In this document: positions 20,078 to 28,327 of the stretch, in pieces
How the letters are laid out: every line of letters starts with the position of its first letter
Position numbering within the stretch: the stretch's first letter is position 1
Assembly (NCBI GenBank): GCA_046757165.1
Contig: JBHHXT010000013.1
Coordinates: 1 to 50,512 of the forward strand
Direction: 5' to 3'
DNA from: a bacterium
GTDB taxonomy: Bacteria; Zhuqueibacterota; Zhuqueibacteria; Oceanimicrobiales; Oceanimicrobiaceae
Length of the DNA stretch: 50,512 bases
Translations under genes and position numbers: made by a program
Notes under the pieces: model-generated
Seen by the model: only the letters and a program-made list of their open reading frames with translations
Databases searched by the model: none
What the model was told of the DNA's origin: nothing

Positions 20078-22270
20078 ATGCAGACTAAGCGATTTTTCTT
20101 TTTTCTCGCGCAGATGGTTTTGCTGTCGGCTTTGTCGGTGTTGCTCGCTTCCACACCCAAGATAAAGACGTTCAAGACGCAACAGGATTTTGAGAGCGGT
20201 GAGCCGGCAGGTGTTTCGATCAATCATCAGGGTGAGATTCTGCTGGCACCCCAAATCGATGAGCTCTTCAAATCCGAGCTGCCGTTTCTTTGGGCCGGCG
20301 CAGTTGATTCAAAGGGCAACATTTATGTTGCAGGCGGGAATAGCGGGCAGGTCTACAGGATTGATGCCAGGGGCAACTCCTCGCTGGCTTTCGAAACAGA
20401 TGAATTGCAGGTGTACGCTCTGGCGGTGGATGGCAAAGACAACCTGTTTGTTGCCAGCTCCCCGAAGGGTAAGGTATACAAGGTACCGGCAAAGAAAACA
20501 GTGACCACGGAAGACGCCGTCTTTTTCGATCCGGAGGAGATCTACGTCTGGTCACTGGCCGTCGACGGGAAGAACAATCTGTACGTGGCGACGGGCGAGA
20601 GCGGCAACATCTACAAAGTCGACAAGAGCGGCTCCGGGTCGCTTTTGTATGAGAGCGGGGACGCCCATGTTCGCAAAATCATCCTTGACAGCCAGGGCCA
20701 CGTGATCGCGGGGACTGCCAACAAGGGGATCGTGCTCAGACTCGATGCAACGGGCAAAGCGTTTGTCCTGTACGATTCGCCACTTGTCGAGATTACAGAT
20801 TTGTTTGAAGACAAGAATGGTCATATCTATGCGGCGGCGACAGGCGATCCTCAAGTGCAACGACGAGGTCAGGGTCGGCAACCGGCCCAGACAGCGGAGC
20901 CCAAACAAGAGCGCGATGGGGGAAACCACGACGAGGACCTGGCCAGCTTGCTGCAACCTGTTGTGACGGCAGACAGGCTGACGCGGGAGCGTGGCGAGCT
21001 GTGTCGAATCGCACCGGATGGTAGAGTGCGCATCTTTCAGACTTTGCAGTCTGAAAGAATATACAGCATTGCTGGTGGCCGTGCCGGCAACATCTTGCTC
21101 GGCGCAGGTGCGAAGGGTCGGCTGTATTCCATGACCCCTTCGGGTGAGGTGACGCTGGTGACGAAGCTGGATGAAATGCAAGTGACACTGTTGGCCACAG
21201 ACGCCGGCGGCAGGACATTTCTGGGCACCTCGAATACGGGAAAAGTCTATCGCCTGAGCGAGCGCGTCAACTCAGAGGGAACCTTCGTTTCCAAGGTCAT
21301 CGATACCGGGGTTTTCTCGCACTGGGGCGCGGTGAATTGGGAAGCAGAAGTGGCCCCTCATGCAGGCGTCGTTGTACACACCCGGTCCGGCAATACCGAG
21401 GAGCCTGATAAGACCTGGAGTGAGTGGTCGCGGAGCTACTCAAAAGCGGCCGGGCAAGCGATTGAGAGTCCGGCGGCGCGCTACCTCCAGGTGAAAGCAG
21501 TCCTTTCCTCAAGCGATGGTCGAACCACCCCCTTGCTTCGGGAACTATCCATTTCCTATCTACAAAAAAACGTGGCGCCGATTATCAAGCAGGTGGTTGT
21601 ACACAGGCCAAACGAATATTATCCTGAGGCCAGCAACAACGCGAGTGCGAGCTCCCACCTTGGCAACGGCGCCAACAATGGCAAGAATGGGTTTCGAAAG
21701 ACCTCCTTTGGCCGCAAGTCCCAGCGCAAAGGGTACCGTTCCGTTAGCTGGGTGGTGCAGGATGACAATGACGATGAGCAGACATTCAACCTTTCTTACC
21801 GGGGCCTGGATGAGAAGAGCTGGAAGCCCCTGGTCGAGAACTTTACCGGCACGGTCTATTCCTGGGATAGCGAGTTGATGCCGGACGGGCAGTATGTCGT
21901 CAAGCTCGAAGCGCAGGATGACCGCTCCAACCCGCCATCCATGGTCCTGAAAACCGCTAAAATCAGCCAGCCCTTTGTTGTCGACAACAAAGGGCCGCGT
22001 GTTTCTAGAATCACAGCTAAGCAAGCGGGCGGCGCGACGGTGATCGCGTTTTCCGTTCAGGACGAGTTCAACAAAGTCAAGTCAGTGGAATATGGCTTGA
22101 ACGCCGAAAAATGGCATCTGGTTTATCCGGTTGACGGCATTTGTGATTCCAAGCTGGAAACGTTTGAAATCAGGATCGATTCAAAACTCACGGGCGAAAA
22201 CTCAATCGTGATCAAAGCGCTGGACTCGATCGACAATATCGGCTACGGCAAAGCAACGATCGGGCTTTAG
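20078..22270 (+). CDS. Secreted beta-propeller repeat protein with C-terminal Ig/FN3-like domains
   Basis: Signal peptide; repeated (L/A)AVDxKxN(L/I)YVA...GxVY(R/K) blades; C-terminal YSWDS..PDGQYVVKL beta-sandwich pattern. Confidence 0.75.
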   Translation: MQTKRFFFFLAQMVLLSALSVLLASTPKIKTFKTQQDFESGEPAGVSINHQGEILLAPQIDELFKSELPFLWAGAVDSKGNIYVAGGNSGQVYRIDARGNSSLAFETDELQVYALAVDGKDNLFVASSPKGKVYKVPAKKTVTTEDAVFFDPEEIYVWSLAVDGKNNLYVATGESGNIYKVDKSGSGSLLYESGDAHVRKIILDSQGHVIAGTANKGIVLRLDATGKAFVLYDSPLVEITDLFEDKNGHIYAAATGDPQVQRRGQGRQPAQTAEPKQERDGGNHDEDLASLLQPVVTADRLTRERGELCRIAPDGRVRIFQTLQSERIYSIAGGRAGNILLGAGAKGRLYSMTPSGEVTLVTKLDEMQVTLLATDAGGRTFLGTSNTGKVYRLSERVNSEGTFVSKVIDTGVFSHWGAVNWEAEVAPHAGVVVHTRSGNTEEPDKTWSEWSRSYSKAAGQAIESPAARYLQVKAVLSSSDGRTTPLLRELSISYLQKNVAPIIKQVVVHRPNEYYPEASNNASASSHLGNGANNGKNGFRKTSFGRKSQRKGYRSVSWVVQDDNDDEQTFNLSYRGLDEKSWKPLVENFTGTVYSWDSELMPDGQYVVKLEAQDDRSNPPSMVLKTAKISQPFVVDNKGPRVSRITAKQAGGATVIAFSVQDEFNKVKSVEYGLNAEKWHLVYPVDGICDSKLETFEIRIDSKLTGENSIVIKALDSIDNIGYGKATIGL

Positions 22271-22288
22271 TCGATTGGCAGAATACGA

Positions 22289-23305
22289 TTGTCAGAAAGG
22301 AAGGAAAACGTGGCCGTTGACGGGCTAGCTTTAGAAAAGGTCAAGCAGTGCATCCACCGAGGTCAGAGATTCGTTCTCACCACCCATGTCAATCCTGACG
22401 GTGACGGTCTGGGGTCAGAGGCGGCCATGGCAGCCTTCCTGACAGATCGCGGCAAAGATGTCTATGTTTACAATAGCAGTCCCCTGCCGGCGAATTACGA
22501 TTTTCTCGACCCTGACGCCAGCATGGTCGTCTACAATACCATGCGGCACCGCGAAACTCTTCTGACTGCCGATTACATCATCATCTTGGATATCAGTGAT
22601 TGGACCCGGTTGCGACAAGTCGGGGAGGATATCAGGGACATCGATATCAAAAAGATATGTATCGACCACCATCCGCAATCGCGCGCGTTTGGCGACGTGC
22701 GCCTTATCAATGAACAGGCCTCCTCTACCGGGGAAATCGTTTATGATTTGATCAAATACTGCGATGGGCGCCTGACTCCTGTCATTGCTGATGCGCTTTA
22801 CACCAGCATTCTGACCGATACTGGTTCCTTTAAGTTCTCCAATACCAGCGCCGCGGCGTTCAAAATCGCTGCCGAGCTGGTCGGGTGTGGCGTCGACCCG
22901 CAGGAAATTTATCGAAAAGTCTATGAGCGGCAGAGTTACAGCAAGATAAAGCTGCTGGCCTACGTTCTGAACCATCTCCAGTTCGAGGCGAACGGTAAGA
23001 TTGCCTGGTTTTGCATCACAAAGCCCATTTTGGAGAGTCTTAATGCAACGCTGGCAGATACCGAAGGATTTGCTGACTGTCCCAGGGTGGTCGATGGCGT
23101 CGAGGTGACGGTGATGTTTAGTGAAACAGAACGAGGGAGAGTCAAGATCAGCTTGCGGTCCAAAGGGAATTATGTCATCAACACCATCGCAAAAAAGTTT
23201 GGCGGCGGCGGACATCCGTTTGCTGCGGGTGCACTCTTGGAAGGCAACTTACAAGAACACATCGAAAACATTTTGAACGAACTTTCTCTGCTTTTGAACA
23301 CATAA
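22289..23305 (+). CDS. nrnA: DHH/DHHA1 phosphoesterase (NrnA-type oligoribonuclease/PAP phosphatase)
   Basis: HVNPDGDGLGS, IDHH, TDTGSF, SLRS and GGGH motifs. Confidence 0.92.
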   Translation: MSERKENVAVDGLALEKVKQCIHRGQRFVLTTHVNPDGDGLGSEAAMAAFLTDRGKDVYVYNSSPLPANYDFLDPDASMVVYNTMRHRETLLTADYIIILDISDWTRLRQVGEDIRDIDIKKICIDHHPQSRAFGDVRLINEQASSTGEIVYDLIKYCDGRLTPVIADALYTSILTDTGSFKFSNTSAAAFKIAAELVGCGVDPQEIYRKVYERQSYSKIKLLAYVLNHLQFEANGKIAWFCITKPILESLNATLADTEGFADCPRVVDGVEVTVMFSETERGRVKISLRSKGNYVINTIAKKFGGGGHPFAAGALLEGNLQEHIENILNELSLLLNT

Positions 23306-23334
23306 AGTTTGGTACGGGCAACTCGAATGACATC

Positions 23335-24462
23335 ATGCCAAGCATCAGCCTGACTCCCGCGCAATTTCAACAACGATTCTCAGACTTCGTGCCCCAGGTC
23401 GTTGATCTCGAAAAGATGATATTCGAAACTGGCGCAAACCGTCTTGACGCCATAGGCGGCGTGCTGCAATCGGTCGGTTTACCGCATCATGCCGTTGATG
23501 GGGCCGGCATCGTCGCCGACCTCGGCTCCAGCCACAAGGCGTCGCAGGGTGTGGCTGTGCGGGTTGTTGCGCACAGCCCTCACCATGGCGCGCAGCACGA
23601 TGACTTTCGCCTGGCGTCGGTGGTCGGTTTGGGGCTCTTGCTCTTTTTGCAGCAAATCGGCGAGCTCCCGCGTCCCCTTCGGGTCCTGTTCGAGTCCCAA
23701 AATAGCGATGCGCGCACCTCCGTGCGCCATCTGATAGAGAACGGTGGCTTGAGCGGGGTGTCGGAAATCGTCGGTCTGGACTGCAACCCGGCGGTTCCCG
23801 TTGGCCAGGTGGGCCTGAAGTCCGGCGCCATTTTGCCCTCGAGTGCACACTTTGAGATGACGCTTTCTCGAAACTCGAAGGAGGTTGTGCGCACATCGAG
23901 TGCTGACTTGATTCAAGCCGCCGCCCATGTGATGATATCGTTGAATCAGATGCTCACCAGGAGGGTCGACCCGTTGCAGCCAGCAAGGCTCGCCTATACT
24001 TCGATTTCCGGTTCGAGCTCAACGGGTTCAGAGCCTGATTTGATTGCAATAAGCGGCCTGATCCATGCTGCCGATGAGGAAGCTGTCGCGCGCATTTCGT
24101 CGCTGCTCGAGGACGAGCTCCATGCGCTGACTGGAGCCTTCGAGGCAGTCTTCCAATTCAAACTCGGTCCACACAACCAAATGGTCTGCAATGACGCTGA
24201 CTGTGCGCGCAGAGTGCAGCACGCCTGTCAGGAGGCCATGGGCAAGAACAACGTCATCGGCCTGGAGTTCCTGAACAAGGACTTTGCCGGCTTTGCTGAA
24301 TACCTCCGGCATGTTCCCGCAGCAATTTTGCACATCAGCTCCCACGAGAACTTGCGCCGCGGGCAACTATCAGCTGCTGATGCCGAGCAATGGTTAGACC
24401 GGGTGGTCCAGACCGGCATTAAGTGTCTGTCACGGTTTGTTTGTAACTATGCAGGTGTTTAG
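23335..24462 (+). CDS. M20/amidohydrolase-fold protein lacking canonical metal ligands
   Basis: Overall M20D layout (GIVADL, GLSGVSEIVGL, DLIQAAAHVMISLNQMLTRRVDP dimerisation domain, DFxxFAEYLRHVP), but the DMDALP, HACGHD and EE motifs are degenerate. Confidence 0.65.
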   Translation: MPSISLTPAQFQQRFSDFVPQVVDLEKMIFETGANRLDAIGGVLQSVGLPHHAVDGAGIVADLGSSHKASQGVAVRVVAHSPHHGAQHDDFRLASVVGLGLLLFLQQIGELPRPLRVLFESQNSDARTSVRHLIENGGLSGVSEIVGLDCNPAVPVGQVGLKSGAILPSSAHFEMTLSRNSKEVVRTSSADLIQAAAHVMISLNQMLTRRVDPLQPARLAYTSISGSSSTGSEPDLIAISGLIHAADEEAVARISSLLEDELHALTGAFEAVFQFKLGPHNQMVCNDADCARRVQHACQEAMGKNNVIGLEFLNKDFAGFAEYLRHVPAAILHISSHENLRRGQLSAADAEQWLDRVVQTGIKCLSRFVCNYAGV

Positions 24463-24486
24463 ACTGTAGGCTATTAGGCTGTTAGG
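24460..24486. repeat. Left arm of inverted short-repeat array flanking the four-helix-bundle remnant
   Basis: tagactgtaggctattaggctgttagg, built from TAGRCTG-like units. Near-perfect inverse of 24748-24773. Confidence 0.75.
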
Positions 24487-24489
24487 TTT

Positions 24490-24739
24490 TGTACAGTGCT
24501 CTAGCTAGCCAACGCGCCCAAAACCATTTCAGTCTCTATAATTCTGACTCGCAGTCATACGCTCTGTCATACTGCTCTAAACATCCCAGCCGTTTGGCCC
24601 CGCCTTGCGGGGATAATGCAATTCCCTTAACGATGCAAAAATATGTCTCTTCTTCAGGAAAACCTTTTGTTGCTTGATAGACGTTCGATGCCCATTCGTC
24701 GGCTAACTCAAAAGCTCGAAGTTTCGTATGATCTCTCAT
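24490..24739 (-). pseudogene. Four-helix-bundle (23S rRNA IVP / TIGR02436-like) gene remnant with internal deletion and frameshifts
   Basis: AGGAGG RBS, then MRDHTKLRAFELADE...FPEEETY. Further family-like segments FASLRELHY, AKRLG and IETEMVLGAL follow after successive frame changes. The central RRAxxS..NIxEG segment is missing. Confidence 0.8.
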
Positions 24740-24747
24740 GGATTCCT

Positions 24748-24773
24748 CCTACAGCCTAAAAGTCTACAGCCTA
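24748..24773. repeat. Right arm of inverted short-repeat array flanking the four-helix-bundle remnant
   Basis: cctacagcctaaaagtctacagccta; its reverse complement is taggctgtagacttttaggctgtagg. Confidence 0.75.
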
Positions 24774-24920
24774 TCTACCTGTCCTTTGGCTGGAATGAGC
24801 GGGGGAAATATTAAAAAGTCGCAACATCTTTTTTTTACTTGCATTTAGGTGAGATTTTGTCTTAGTTTTTCATGCATATCGGCTGCGTAAGTCGGGCGTT
24901 GAACACCAGATTCAAGGACA

Positions 24921-26042
24921 TTGAAATTGGATTGCAGTGCATCAGAAGAGACCGTGGAAATGGTCGAGAAGCTCCTTTCCAGCAAGCGACCCGAAGGCAG
25001 CACCTTCTACGAGCAAGTTTTCAAAACCCTGGGGATCCCTAGCGTGGTGCTAAGCCGTTCCGGCGAGATTTTGCATGCCAATCCTGCTTTTGACAGGATG
25101 GTTGGCTTGCCCGCTAACCTGGAAGGGGCGGGTGACAATTTTCTGGATTATCTCAACCCCGGTGAGCAAAGCAAGCTCAGCAAGATACTCGCGGATCTTC
25201 AAGGTGCTGACGGTCAGAGATCGGTCTGTCTGCACCTCACCTCTGGTCAGGATAAACGATGGGGGGCTGAAGTCTCGTTAACCGTGTTGCCGCACACAGA
25301 GGAAGTTCTGGCGACAATTTTGAGCAACCGCGACATAACGCAGGCCAAAGAGCAGCTCGAGCGCAAAGCTGATGATTTGCAGAACCTGGTCTACCTGATC
25401 TGCCACAATCTCAAGGCGCCTGTTGTTTCAATTCTTGGATTTTGCAAGCTCCTCATGGAGAAGGTCGCAGCTCAAACAGAAGAATCCGGCCACTACCTGG
25501 AAAGAGTGCAGAAGAACGCCGCTCGACTGAATACGATGGTTCACGATGTGCTGGAGTTTTCCCGCTTCTCTCGTCCTATTGAGACCTCCGAGACGGTCTC
25601 CCTGGCAGAGGTGTTGAGTGACATTCGGTCGGAATACTTCTTCTTGATAAAGGAGAAAAGCATCGATTTCAAGATAGCCGAGGATTTGCCTCTAGTTTAT
25701 GGGGATTCTGAGGCTCTGCACACGTTGTTTTCGAACCTGGTGGACAACGCCATCAAGTATGCGGGTGAGATATCGAAGCCAGTGATCGAGGTCGGGTGGG
25801 AGAACAAGCCGCGTTTCCTTGTTTTCTGGGTCAAGGATAACGGGGTTGGTTTAGAGGTCAAATATCATGAAAAGGTCTTTGACCTGTTCGAACGCGCACA
25901 GGCGCCTTCTCGAATCGAGGGCACGGGTGTTGGACTGGCTATCGTCAAGCGTATTGTTGAAAGAGATGGCGGCTATGTGAGATTCGTCTCCCAGCCAGGC
26001 AAGGGCTCCACCGTGTTTTTTACACTGCCCAAACAAGGGTAA
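24921..26042 (+). CDS. Cytoplasmic PAS-domain sensor histidine kinase
   Basis: PAS (ILHANPAF), H-box CHNLKAP, N-box NLVDNAIKY, G1 VKDNGVG, G2 GTGVGL. Confidence 0.9.
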   Translation: MKLDCSASEETVEMVEKLLSSKRPEGSTFYEQVFKTLGIPSVVLSRSGEILHANPAFDRMVGLPANLEGAGDNFLDYLNPGEQSKLSKILADLQGADGQRSVCLHLTSGQDKRWGAEVSLTVLPHTEEVLATILSNRDITQAKEQLERKADDLQNLVYLICHNLKAPVVSILGFCKLLMEKVAAQTEESGHYLERVQKNAARLNTMVHDVLEFSRFSRPIETSETVSLAEVLSDIRSEYFFLIKEKSIDFKIAEDLPLVYGDSEALHTLFSNLVDNAIKYAGEISKPVIEVGWENKPRFLVFWVKDNGVGLEVKYHEKVFDLFERAQAPSRIEGTGVGLAIVKRIVERDGGYVRFVSQPGKGSTVFFTLPKQG

Positions 26043-26045
26043 GCC

Positions 26046-26375
26046 ATGATGGCACCGGGCCACAAGTCGTTCATGGGGCTTCGGGCGGCAAAGCACAGCA
26101 GCGATCTCAATCTTTGTCTCCATGTGATCGCACATGAAATCCGCACCCCCCGGGACAATGGCGTGGGATTTCCGTCACGCGACAGCCGCAAAGTGTTTCA
26201 GCTTTTTCGCCGGTTGCGCAACAAGAGCAGCGTCGCGGGCTCAGGTCTTGGCTTGACCCTTGTCAAGCAGATCATCGAGGGGCATGGTGGCGAGGTGTGG
26301 GTCGAGTCCCGCAAAAAACAGGGGGCGACCTTCTTTCTTACCTTACCCAAACAGTCACCAGAGGCGCACGTCTGA
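26046..26375 (+). pseudogene. Internally deleted histidine kinase (H-box joined directly to the G1-F-G2 half of HATPase_c)
   Basis: IAHEIRTP is followed immediately by RDNGVG...VFQLF...GSGLGL...HGGEVWVES...GATFFLTLP. The second DHp helix and the N-box are absent. Confidence 0.7.
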
Positions 26376-26410
26376 TTGTCTTGCAGGTTCGCCATTTCGA
26401 AGGAGACAGC

Positions 26411-28225
26411 ATGGAAGGTTCGTTACGCATTCTGCTGGTTGAGGATGATGTCGATCAGGCTAATCTGATGGGAGAAATGCTGAGACGGTTCAATTCTGAC
26501 TTTCTTGTCGAAACGACTTATAGCAGTGACGGCTGTCTGGACAAGCTCTCACGTCAAAAATATGAAGCCATCATTCTGGATTATAACTTGCCAGAACGAA
26601 ACGCCCTGGAAATCCTTACGACCATCTGCAACGGCGAGCTCCGCACGCCTGTGGTCGTGGTCTCGGGGAGCGGTAGCGAGCAGATCGCGGTTGAAACGTT
26701 GAAATGCGGGGCTTCCGACTATTTGGTCAAAGATGACAGCTTTCTGACCGTCCTGCCCAAGGTGGTGCAGAAATCCATCGAACGGGCTCGTCTTGAAGCC
26801 AGGCTTCGTGAGTCGGAGCGGAAATATCAGATCATCTTCGAGAAAGCCAACGACGCGATCTTGATCCTCGATGCGACAAATTTTCAGATTATTGAAGCAA
26901 ATTCCAAAACGCACGAAATCACGGGATATGCCGCCGAAGCGCTGGTCAACAAACCGCTTACTGAGCTTTTCCCAGCATTTCTGTACGCCCTGGTACGGGA
27001 GGGGTTGTCGAAAGCGGTTTCCGAGGGCCTCTATCGCGATGACGATTTGACCATCGTTACCAATTATGGTGAATCGATTCCCATCGATCTCGATGCCCGC
27101 GTTATTCAGTTTGGTCGCTCTGACTACATTCTGTGTAACGTCCGCAATATTGCCGAAAAGAAGTATCTGCAAACGCAGATTCTCAACAGCAAACGGCGTC
27201 TGCAAAATACCTTCGATGGCATCACCGACATCATTTTCCAGGTGAACCAGGCGGATGAGCTGGTCATCGTCAACAAGAAATTCGCCGAGCTGTGCAACGC
27301 TCAGCCGGAAGAGTTGATCGGCAAAAAGTACTTTGCGGTCTTCTTCAAGACGGGCCAACCCATCGACGGCTGCCCGATTCAGAAGGCGTTCAAAACCGGA
27401 GAGTCGCATTGGCTCGAGCACACCATGGACGATCAGATTTACGAAATCTGGACCTATCCCATTTTTTCAGTGGACGGCAAGCTCGAGTCTGTCGCCGCGC
27501 ATTCCAAGAACGTCACCGAGAAGAAGAAGCTCGAGAAAACGCTCATTCAATCGGAGAAGCTTGCGACTATCGGGTTGCTTGCCTCAGGTATCGCGCATGA
27601 GCTGCGAAATCCTTTGAATGTCATCGAGACGGCGCGCTATTATATCGACGAGTTTCTGGTTGAGAAGAATTCCGACATTAGAGCAAAACTGGATATCATC
27701 CACAAGAACGTTCGGCGCTCGTCCAAGATTATCAACAACTTGCTCGAGTTCTCACGGCACTCGGAGCATGAGCGCGAGCGGATTGATCTGCGTTCCTTGA
27801 TAGAGAGCACCATTTCTCTCATCCAGAAAGAGCTGCAGGCCAAGAATATCGAGTTCGTATTGGTGTGCCCCGGCAACTACACCACGTTTTTCAGTATCGA
27901 TTCGCTCAAGCAAGTGCTGCTCAATTTGATCATCAATGCCATCCAGGCGATGCAGACCGGCGGCAAGCTTACGATAGCCATCGAGCAGAGCCGGCCAGGA
28001 TGGACTGACCTGAAGATTTCGGACACCGGCATGGGGATTCCAGTGAAAAATCTGCCTCATATCTTTTCTCCCTTTTTTACCACCAAGGAAGTCGGGGAAG
28101 GAACCGGTCTGGGCTTGTATATTACGCACATGATCATCGCCCGCGAAGGCGGGAGAATCAAAGTAGACAGTGAAGTCAATGTCGGCACAACCTTTACCAT
28201 CTCGCTGCCACAAAGAGATAGCTGA
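26411..28225 (+). CDS. Hybrid kinase: receiver-PAS-PAS-HisKA-HATPase
   Basis: ILLVEDD/IILDYNLP/DYLVK receiver, two PAS domains, AHELRNP, NLIINA, DTGMG, PFFTTK, GTGLGL. ATG at 26411 follows an AAGGAG RBS. Confidence 0.92.
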   Translation: MEGSLRILLVEDDVDQANLMGEMLRRFNSDFLVETTYSSDGCLDKLSRQKYEAIILDYNLPERNALEILTTICNGELRTPVVVVSGSGSEQIAVETLKCGASDYLVKDDSFLTVLPKVVQKSIERARLEARLRESERKYQIIFEKANDAILILDATNFQIIEANSKTHEITGYAAEALVNKPLTELFPAFLYALVREGLSKAVSEGLYRDDDLTIVTNYGESIPIDLDARVIQFGRSDYILCNVRNIAEKKYLQTQILNSKRRLQNTFDGITDIIFQVNQADELVIVNKKFAELCNAQPEELIGKKYFAVFFKTGQPIDGCPIQKAFKTGESHWLEHTMDDQIYEIWTYPIFSVDGKLESVAAHSKNVTEKKKLEKTLIQSEKLATIGLLASGIAHELRNPLNVIETARYYIDEFLVEKNSDIRAKLDIIHKNVRRSSKIINNLLEFSRHSEHERERIDLRSLIESTISLIQKELQAKNIEFVLVCPGNYTTFFSIDSLKQVLLNLIINAIQAMQTGGKLTIAIEQSRPGWTDLKISDTGMGIPVKNLPHIFSPFFTTKEVGEGTGLGLYITHMIIAREGGRIKVDSEVNVGTTFTISLPQRDS

Positions 28226-28243
28226 GAGCCGCAACGTTTTTGT

Positions 28244-28272
28244 TTGACAAGAATGGTTTTAATGATTACATT
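28244..28272 (+). promoter_or_regulatory. Sigma70 promoter for the polyprenyl synthetase
   Basis: TTGACA-17 bp-TACATT, the same hexamers as the rho promoter candidate. Confidence 0.6.
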
Positions 28273-28327
28273 GTGGCCGTTTTTGTTAACAATCCTTCAT
28301 CAATTGTGATTACGGCGAGGCTATCAG

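Noticed and set aside
24489..24677. 62-aa plus-strand ORF
   Set aside because: It is the antisense shadow of the four-helix-bundle remnant, with no RBS or motif.
26297..26410. N-terminal extension of the hybrid kinase given by the ORF track (similar extensions for ecfA, tatD and the giant protein)
   Set aside because: The extensions overlap neighbouring genes or terminators, or precede the evident RBS. Downstream ATGs match the domain starts and, in most cases, an RBS.
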